A stretch of 64,000 nt of DNA from Octopus vulgaris. Its lineage: Eukaryota. A program made the translations under genes and the position numbers. Under the pieces are notes generated by a model that saw only the letters and a list, made by a program, of their open reading frames with translations, ran no database searches and was not told the origin of the DNA. Positions 54,336-64,000 of this stretch are shown in pieces (the first letter of the stretch is position 1; each line of letters begins with the position of its first letter). The stretch lies in contig OX597832.1 in NCBI GenBank assembly GCA_951406725.2, forward strand, positions 66,154,001-66,218,000, given 5' to 3'.

Positions 54336-56069
54336 TTATGGTCTTTCAACCAATAGGAATCCAAAAAAATGAAGTAGTTTTCTCGTCTACAGCACATCTG
54401 TAAGTATATCATATCTAGAAGGTTATCTTTTATTTTTACGATGATACGATATGAGGGAGGTTTGCCTGGTGTTTCTTTAAAATTACATTACGTGTTGGTA
54501 TTTATCCATAACTCAGTCAACATTTTGGATAGCTTCTGTGTATAACAAATCACATTGTCCAATGCAACTTCAAACTGATTATATTTTAAAATCTCAGTTG
54601 AGAGATATATGGAAATTGTAGCAAGATGTGCCATGCCATAAGAGCTCCATTCTTATTTCACTTAAAGCATAAAAATGTTGAAATAGAATTTCAGCGAATA
54701 CCAATCTCACTTGAAATGAAAGAGGTGTGAAACTTCATGGAGGTCAAGACTCTAGATATATGTTTTTTGTTTCTTCTTCGTCATCTGGCTCAGTAAAGGA
54801 CAAATAAATAAACACATCGCATCATAAACATACATTTATCTAATTTACTGCAAATTTAACACATTTTGTCGCTGGCTTATGATCTTTCACTTCAAAAATA
54901 TAATTACACATTTCTCATTGCCTTTATTTCTTCATTATAAAAACGACGTTTTCTTCTACTTTATAATTGCCTATTTGTTTCTTATAATCATTACAATGTC
55001 AACTTTTTACCGCATAAACAATCAATGTAACGCCCGTTCACGACATTTTCCCATTGATTATGTCGTCTGCCGTTTACATAACATTTTTTGTTTTTGTTTT
55101 GTGTCTTTAATCACGTTAACCATTAATCACTTTTCAAAAACAGCATCAATAATTCTGACGTATATTTCTCTTGCCCTTCTTTAATCGACAAATTTACCAA
55201 TTTCTGTGTGATAATATTTATGTGTGAACAGCATGTATTTGTATATATGTTTGTATGAATGTGTCAAAGTGTATGTGGCAATCGACGCGTATGAGAATGT
55301 ATATGTGATTACGGATGTATGTGGTTTATGTACAAAAGAATTAATATGACTGAGTATAAGAGAAGCGTGAGTGATACAATGTTGTGCGGAGCTGGACAAC
55401 AGAACTTCGTTTGCATGAATTTTTGACAATTATTGCTCCATAACTACTTGTAATAAATACACACTGTTATAAACCAGTAATATTGGCTGAATTGGTAGTT
55501 TAACTGCAAAATACATTCTAATATTCTATTACATTTATTTGAGTTGTGACTTAAAATACCGTTAGACTCTAATTCTATCCTTGTGGTTGTCATGGCGATG
55601 GTGGTGGTGATGTGGTTTAAAATAAATACCAGTCAAGTGCAGAGATGAATACAATGAAATATTCACTTTCGAAATATTCTAACTCGTGGTTAATGCTTTA
55701 AAATCATCATTCTAAACACATACAATGTATAATTTTTGACAAATGGCCAAGCCGCATATTAGCTTAAAGCTATTCAACAAGGTATTTCAACGAAATGCAC
55801 GTGAATGTTCTGCCTCCCCTCACTGCCTTTTTCACGGCTACTAAACAAGACCTTTCTCCCGAGAGAAGTCCGCCATCATTTCACATCTGATGATCTTCGT
55901 CCGATTATCTTATTTTCCTCTCTCTTTCCGGAGTCATCCCCTTCTTCATTCGGGGTTACGCCCCCTTCCTCCAGAAGCCACTATAAAAATACAAATTTTC
56001 CTTTGTCGTATACTACGTGTAAACATTAATTCCTCTTATCGTCAGAGTGCTACATATCTGGCAGAAGGA

Positions 56070-56196
56070 ACCATTCTATTTAACCTTCAATGAAGATTAA
56101 ATGGAAATTGATATATTGGTGCATGATGGGTCGTCACTGCTGTTATTTGGAGGCATAACATTAACTGTGTACTTTAGAATACATTTGGGGTAAACA

Positions 56197-56227
<31 letters not shown>

Positions 56228-56440
56228 CTTCTTCTTCTTCTTTTTCTTCTTCTTCTTCTTCTTCTTCTTCTCTATCTTCTTGCAGAATGGACCACTCTAA
56301 TCTTCAATGACGATTATATAAATATTGATAGATTGGTGCTGGTTGGGTCCTCACTCCTGTGTGGCTTGAAGAATTATTAAATCTCAAAGTTATTTAGACT
56401 CATAAAACGGTGTACTTTAGAATATATTTGGAGTTAACTT
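56070..56440. repeat. Diverged tandem duplication of about 130-150 bp, each unit followed by (CTT)n
   Basis: 56070-56197 and 56291-56440 share ACCA.TCTA..CTTCAATGA.GATTA..ATTGATA.ATTGGTGC..TGGGTC.TCACT.CTGT and GTGTACTTTAGAATA.ATTTGG.GT.AAC. Confidence 0.8.
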
Positions 56441-56554
56441 CTTATTATTATTCTCCTCCTCCTCCTCTTCTTTTTCTTCTTCTTCTTCTTCTTCTTCTTC
56501 TTCTCATTCATTTTTCTTCTTTTCTTCTTCTACTTTTTCTTCTTCTTCTTCTTC

Positions 56555-56643
<89 letters not shown>

Positions 56644-56739
56644 GGTATCTTCTTTCAATTCTGTTTCCACATCTTGTCTTGAGTCTTCCTGACAGCTATT
56701 ATTATTATTATTTAGTGAGAGAGATCAGTCCCTTCCATC

Positions 56740-57265
56740 AAAGTGACACTGGGGTAAAATATGCGAAGCCCAATATACTCATCATGACTACCCCTTTCAT
56801 AAGGGTACACCAGGCATATGCATCACAAACATATGAGCGCGACACGGTGATCTCATATCAAGATAAAAGGCACATGGTCTTGGAGGTGGGGCCCAGCTAG
56901 AATTTTTTTCAGGTCGAGTAGCTCATCCCGCTTAAAAGGTGCCTGTATAACGGTTGCTTGAGAATGTTGAATAAAACACCCACATTTCCAAAGGTCAATT
57001 ATCCAAATATCAAAGAATTTCTCTCAACATATGGCTTTGATGCTCCCCCACTAATTCTGCTCGTGATCAGAGATGCACATATCTTCAACCACTAAGAGAC
57101 ATGTTTAACTGGTTCTTGTCCAGCAACCAGCAAACAAATCTGTGGTATTGAGCAGAATATTTGCTGTGGCACATATTTTATACAAAGCCAAAACAATATA
57201 CATGATAAATCTTCCAATCAGTTAAGATAAGAAGCCACTGCCTGGTACTGCATTAGGGCAATTTA
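56740..57265. repeat. Interspersed repeat, unclassified (copy of 52200-52602), between (ATT)n arrays
   Basis: Colinear similarity to 52200-52602. Confidence 0.85.
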
Positions 57266-57289
57266 TCATTGTTATTATTATTATTATCA

Positions 57290-57397
<108 letters not shown>

Positions 57398-58165
57398 TTA
57401 CTACTACTACTACTACTACTACTACTACCACTACTACCACCACCATTATTATTATTATTATTATTATTTCCATTTGCGTCAGGAACGATGACAGGCACGT
57501 CATAAACAGTCAACTTGTCCAACGGCGAAATTTGAACTGAACACATAAGTGTCAGAAGACCGTAAGGGAAACCATGTGTCTGATGCTCTTAAAAGTCCTG
57601 CAAATGAGTCAGGTCGTTGGAATGATATATATTCTCCATAATCGCAATGCTGAGAGAAGATTTTCTACATCGCCGTGTTTATTCCCTAGATTTCATTCTG
57701 ACAGCCTTTAACTACAATAAAGGAAAATTTAGTATTCGCTAACCTTGACTATGTGCAGTCTAATTCCCAAAAACGGAAATGAGAATATACGTCACCAAGA
57801 AAAGCAGTAGAGATCAGCAGCAGATGAGGTTCAGGTAAAGTTTAACTTAATGAACGAAATATAAAGAATGCGCAATGCCATTATATATGATGCCCACACC
57901 CGTGCATACACAGATACACACGCACAAACATACTCTATGAACAACGAGTATCTTTAATTAAGACTATGAAACACTACAGTAGTTTAGAATTCACCAGAGA
58001 CGTGCAAATCGATTGTACGTGTATTCTGAAGACAAAACATGAATTTATATGAACGAACTATAATATGCATGGTATAATCACAAGTAGTTATAATGCAACA
58101 GGTACAATATATGGATGTATCTCTGTATGTATTTAGGTATTTATGTACATATACAAATGTATGTG

Positions 58166-58206
<41 letters not shown>

Positions 58207-59299
58207 TAACAAGAATGGTGATTACATATTATTCCTCTATAGAGCAAATGTGGCTTACAGCTGTTTCCAGTAGTCGTTATAGGTACATAACTGAAAGTTT
58301 TGCTCAATTGGTCTATTGATAAATTGAAACAAATTGAAGACCCCCTCCCTCCAAATTTTTACTACTTTTGTCAGTGCCATTTGTGGTTATAACAAGCAAA
58401 CCACTGGAGGAATGGTCATTGTGTGGGCAACTGTGGGAATATTGATATGTCCAAGTACAATAGACAACAGGGGAAGATGGGTTACAACCGACATTCCCGT
58501 CAACTGTATTAAATCTAAATAGTGTGCTTCCAAGTCCGACACACATATCCACGACTTTTAACGCTTTAAACTGTATTGATAAGACTGATTTTAAGCCCTA
58601 ACTTATCACACACAGGCAGAAAGTAGTGCATATATACATACATACATACATACATACATACATGTGTACGCTAACATAAAAATACATACGTATGTATATA
58701 CACACACACACATAAATACGAATCAAGACGCACCCGCGTGTGTATAGCAAAATAGACAGCCAGACAGATATGTAGATAAGTAGAAAGATAGATAAATATA
58801 TATATAGAGAGAGAGAAAAAATGAAGAAAGACATTAATAATGAGAGAAACAGAGGGATAGAGTGAGAACACTGTCATATTCAAAACCAGTCTATACAGAG
58901 TTGAATATATTCTAATTCAGTAAAATAACTGCAACCGACTCGTAGTAGAGATATGTGCATCATTACATTGTAATTATTTATTTTCCCATAAGAATAGTAT
59001 TCTAATTAAATCGGTAACTTCTAATTAATTACAAGCAACTATGAGACATTACTCTTACCATGTTTGTATGATGTTTATCTATGTACAAAAGGTTCAGGGA
59101 TCGCGGTAGTTATTATTAAAAAAAATGTAGGTGCCACGTGGTTCATACCACTAAGTTTATTCGTACCTTAAAAGTTAAAACATATCAAGGAAAGTTTCAT
59201 GACGATGAACATTTTGGAATTATGATATTTACAAATGAAGCTGGAAGTCCGTATTTAGGTCTCGTGACAATACATGCAATAAAGTGGCAGGTCAACTGC

Positions 59300-59402
59300 G
59301 TAGCATCTTGGGAAAGTGGTTTCTACTATTGCTTGGGGTCGACCAAAGCTTATAAATGGATTTGGTGACCGGAAACCACAAAAAGCCTATCATATATATA
59401 TC

Positions 59403-59469
<67 letters not shown>

Positions 59470-59835
59470 TAATGAAACAAAAACGCAATACAAGACAATA
59501 CAACATCCTGGCGGATAGACGATACAAAGGCGGATAGGTAAAAAAAAGAAATAGAGGGGAGGAAAAAAACAAAAACAAAGGCCATTCGTGACCTTCTTTC
59601 GCAAACACGGACACACACACACATTTACATGTATCTGTGTTTCTCTGTTTATGTCTGCCCCACACACTCGTTTGAAAACTAGTGTTGGTATGTTGACGTC
59701 TATGTAACTTAGCGGCTCAGCAAAAAGAGAAGATAGTAACAAGCTTCTAAATAAATTCTGTAGTCGATTTTTTCAACTAAACCCCGCAGTGTAACGCTCC
59801 AGCATGGCCGTAGTCCAGTAAAACAAGTAAAAAAA
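59300..59835 (+). mobile_element. SINE family B split by (TA)n and an insertion
   Basis: CTTGGG.AAGTG..TTCTACTAT.GC.TGGGG.CGACCAAAGC..TGGATTTGGT..CGGAAAC at 59307-59377; tail GTGTTGGT.TGTT.ACGTC..GTAACTTAGCGG.TC.GCAAAA..CTCCAGCATGGCCG.AGTC at 59682-59816. Confidence 0.7.
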
Positions 59836-60185
59836 ATAACAGCTGTACAATATTAAAGAACCCATTTACAGCTTGATGGACGTAGCCGCTGTCAATTTTT
59901 TAGTATGCTGTTAGTATGCTGTAAACTGTAATTCGTGATGTACCATTGTAGGAATATGTGGAATTAAGCACATTGAAAGCGTATAAAGACATGGACGTTG
60001 CACAATTTGAAATGAAAGGAACTGTATGAAGACAACTGTTGTCTCGAACCTATGATGAAATCCGACACAAACAGATCGGGTGCACCAGAATTTGACCGAC
60101 GTTCTTAAACGAAACTGGTTATTCTTCTTACTTAGCTTACTGGAAGCGAATATATTTCGGAAATTCCATTTTTCGGTACTTGTGG

Positions 60186-60218
<33 letters not shown>

Positions 60219-60971
60219 ACACACGCACACACAAACACACACACACAAACACACGAAGCGCATAAACAAGCGCGCACACATACACAACCATACACGCACA
60301 CACATTCCAGCCTTCTCTCACTTACACACACATGTATGAGGTATAATAAAAAAAATGAATTATGATATTTAGTGTCAATATGCAAATGAAGATATAATGT
60401 CATTTCAAACAGAAATCTTGATATAAAACCGTAATACTTGTATATTGACATTTGTTGCGTAGGAAAGCAGTGAAATATCAAGTCTTGAAACAACACGAAA
60501 ATGTCACCGGAATTACGACTTCTAAAGTATTCCTGGATTTATGTTAATGTAATTTTCATTCTATTGTGATATTAACATCATCTTTAGACATGAGACATCA
60601 TAATAGCAATGTCAGTAGTTCCATCTCTTCTATATTGAGATGCAAGAAGGCTGATCTCCCATCGTTATCAGCTCTATTATTGCTGGGGTATGTATAAATA
60701 TCAGTCTGGTTTCCAACTTTGAGCATTTCGTTTTTTTTCTTTCTTAATTATGATGAACGACTCTGTCAGAAAGTGTGTAATGTTCGAACCCAGACTAGTT
60801 GTCTTTGTAGGATAATCCTTTTTTCAGTAGGCACAAGGCCAATCCTCTATATAATACCAACCAATGTAAACGTTCGTTTGTCGGCTGATTGATTTCTATC
60901 GTCATGCTTTACATCAAAAGCGGAGAGTAAATGCGTGATAAAGAGAAATTTAATATATTGATTTTAAAATA

Positions 60972-61165
60972 TGGCACAAGGTCAGCAATTTTGGGGGAGG
61001 TGTAAGTCGATTATATCGATCCCAGTGCACCACTGGCACATATTTTAACGAATGCGAATGAAGGAAAGTCAAACTCGAACTCGGCGGAATTTTTTTTTAT
61101 CTCGGAATGTAAAGACAAGCGTAATGCCGCTAAGCCATTTGCCCGAATCGTTAACGATTGTAGCT
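60972..61165 (-). mobile_element. SINE family A
   Basis: GGCACAAGG.CAGCAATTTTGGGGGAGG..AGTCGATTA.ATCGA.CCCAGTGC..CTCGGCGGAATTT..GTAAAGACA..ATGCCGCTAAGC. Confidence 0.8.
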
Positions 61166-61759
61166 TGCAGGATGAGCAGAGAGAAAGAATCATAAAGAAT
61201 GAGGAGAAGAAAGAGTAAATGAAAGCATCGTTGTGGGAGGAGTTATAAAAATGACAATTTTGTAGCATTTAATTTTATTTTAAGTCAACAAATATTTTTC
61301 CTTAGAAAATTAGTATTCATTTCATCACAAAATTGTTAACAGTTAATTTATAATTATTGTGTGTATACCATATTTCCTGATATTGTCCACGGTAGCAAAT
61401 GCATACATCCAAACCTTACCTGCCATATCACAATTAACGTTCTTAAATTTATATAATCAATCAAGAAAAGTAATATATAAGTGTATTTTAAATGGAACAT
61501 TTCATGTTTAAATATGAGATTGATAAGATCGATATATTATAGTCTTATTAAAATAAATCTAACTTTTATTCAAAGTATTAATGACCCTACATTTCACTAA
61601 TTGTCATTATTCGGAGAACTTGCAGAGTTATTACAGCGAAATATATATTAAATTGCGGTATTTAGTCAGCTGAAAAACGGCAGAGATCAACTTCGTTTTA
61701 CACCTTGATGTCGATATACAAAGTACTTTTAAAATACAGTAGTTTTTCTCTAGATTAGC

Positions 61760-62240
61760 ATTGAAACGTTCCTTGACTGCTTGTAACAGTTTTGTCTCGT
61801 CAGTGTAGCTAATAAGTGTGGCTGTCTGTACAGCTGTTGGCATGTTCAAAAGAGCAACCATAAATAACAGCGGCCCTAAGACATTTCCCTTAGACTTCAT
61901 CGGCTATCACAGCCTGGCTTCAGCCTATTCACAAGTCATATAGCACTTTTTCAGTTTTCTCACTATGCTGAATCTTCATAGCTTGATCTTGTGACATGGC
62001 ATCTCATGATCAACCTTACTGAAGGCCTTTGCAAAATCGAGATATATCCCATCCACGTTTGGGCGATTAATTGGTTGTTTCATCGCTCAGTAATAATGTT
62101 GCAGAAAGCACCTATTTCCACTGCGGCATCCATGTCGGGTGTCACGATTAAGCCATTGTTTTCTAGGAATGCGATCAGCTTCCCTCTGACAGCATCCTTT
62201 CTGCCACGTCCTTCCTGATATTGCCCATGGCAATTCTTTC
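61760..62240 (-). mobile_element. CR1/L2-type LINE reverse transcriptase fragment
   Basis: Minus frames give NVDGIYLDFAKAFSKVDHEM and VLGPLLFMVALLNMPTAVQTATLISYTDETKLLQ (PQGxVLGPLLF and YADD motifs). Confidence 0.8.
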
Positions 62241-63546
62241 ATGCTTGTGTCCTTTTGCTTGAAAGTATGAGAGAGAGGAGAGGAGGGTAGCCGAAGAAAC
62301 TAGAAAGAGGAAGAGTGAGAGTAAAAAGAAAGAATAAAGTGAAACGAGTTAAATAAAACAACTCATAACAGAATTTGAAACTGCTCTACAAAGAAGTAAT
62401 TACGAAGATATATACCACAATTAGACAGCAAAAATCTCTAAAGGTTATATAAATATATTAAGAATCCTTTTCAAATATACCTTCAAAGGAACACATTGAA
62501 TTGCAATTGCGCTGGTACACACAGAAAGTCCCGTGAATATTTCAGAAACCACTGTAAATGCTGAATTGCTTTATCGTTAGAGATAGGAATGAAAGTCACA
62601 GCGCATATTTGCATTGCTGAAGTTGAGACTATTGACTTACAGCAGTAGGGTCTTTGGGAGGCAAAATTTAATTTTAGTATCATTTGTGTCTTATAGCAAA
62701 ATTATATTCTGATTTCTTTCTATATTATGCGCGTACACACACACAAACACACATACACACATACACACACTCTCTCTCACACACCATACACGAAGCACAC
62801 ACATATAAACAGATATATACATATATAAAAATATATATGTATGCATACATACATACACAAACACATACATACACATTCGCATACATACATATATGTTGGA
62901 GCAATCAAAAATAAATTCAAGCAATTACGTTGAAACCACTTATCTTAATACGTTACACGACTTAAAACAAAAGATCTTTACTCTCTAAATATTTGAAGTT
63001 GTCCGAATTTGCCCCATCAATATTTTATTTTAAAACACTAGAATCCATTTGAAGCTATTATTTCACTGTTAACTTTGTTCTATTTTTAATGCTTTCTAAA
63101 TTGATTTCGGAAACCGAAAAACCATCACGCAGGCGCAACAAATGTATTCTGAGCGTAATACAATAGTTTCCGGTTGGAAATTGCGTCTGGAGCAGAACTA
63201 TTATAATTTCTTTGAATTGATGCTAATTGTTAAAAGTTGGCTATAGACAGCGACGTAGAGAAATTAGATTTAGAATATTCGTAAAGGAACTATAGTTAGC
63301 CGTGGAATACATTATGTTTGCACTAGAGCAACCAAAGACGAATGAATGATGCCACCATTTTGATGTGGCGGATATGTTGAATTACAAACACTGAACAATG
63401 TGTAACAAATGTATTCTTGCTGTGTGGAGCGTTTACGAATTAATATTCTAAATTTGCAAAAATTTCATATATGAAAGTGTATTGTACGGAACCGATTATA
63501 ATGTAAAAGTCAATTGATTATATGTATCTGTGTGTGCGCGTTTAAG

Positions 63547-63598
<52 letters not shown>

Positions 63599-64000
63599 TG
63601 TGTATATATATATATTAGTATGTGTATATGTATATATATATATATATGTCTGTATATAAATATATGCATGTAGACATATATATTGCTAATTTAAATTAGC
63701 ATAGCTTTCCAATGAAAAACGAGATTCCTCTTTGCTTCACCTATTATATTACAGTTATTTTGGGCAGCTGACAAATAATAAATTGCACAAATATTTCTAC
63801 TTATTTGCAAACAACGTGGATATCTGCACAGAGAAGTAGAGGAAAACTGACACAAACGTTCTAAATTATAGTCAAACTCCCACACACGACCAGATATCTA
63901 TTCTCAAGCTCCTTCTTTCTCTTTGTGTGTGTATGTGCCTGTGTATGAGTGTATGTATGTGTGTCTGGGTATGAGTCTATATGTGTGTGTGTGTGTGTGT

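Overview
AT-rich, microsatellite-dense eukaryotic non-coding DNA. The SINE families and the (TA)n/(CA)n/(TAA)n landscape look like an octopus (coleoid cephalopod) genome; this is inference from recalled repeat sequences. No intact protein-coding gene was found, and nearly all listed ORFs are microsatellite read-throughs or transposon fragments. The window holds three Penelope-like element (PLE) remnants with GIY-YIG domains, decayed Tc1 and mariner transposons, a mariner-derived MITE, R4/Dong-, RTE- and CR1-type LINE fragments, and many tRNA-derived SINE copies. The most striking signal is RNA-structural. A complete type I hammerhead ribozyme (HHR) lies in the 3' pseudo-LTR of a PLE (2809-2907, minus strand). 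Several short, apparently non-coding repeats beside (TA)n tracts carry minimal hammerhead cores with covarying stem I and palindromic stem III, and one has a U3-A8 compensatory core. Together these suggest a PLE-driven, retrozyme-like system. One isolated candidate exon resembles part of a C2 domain. Coordinates of degenerate repeats are approximate.
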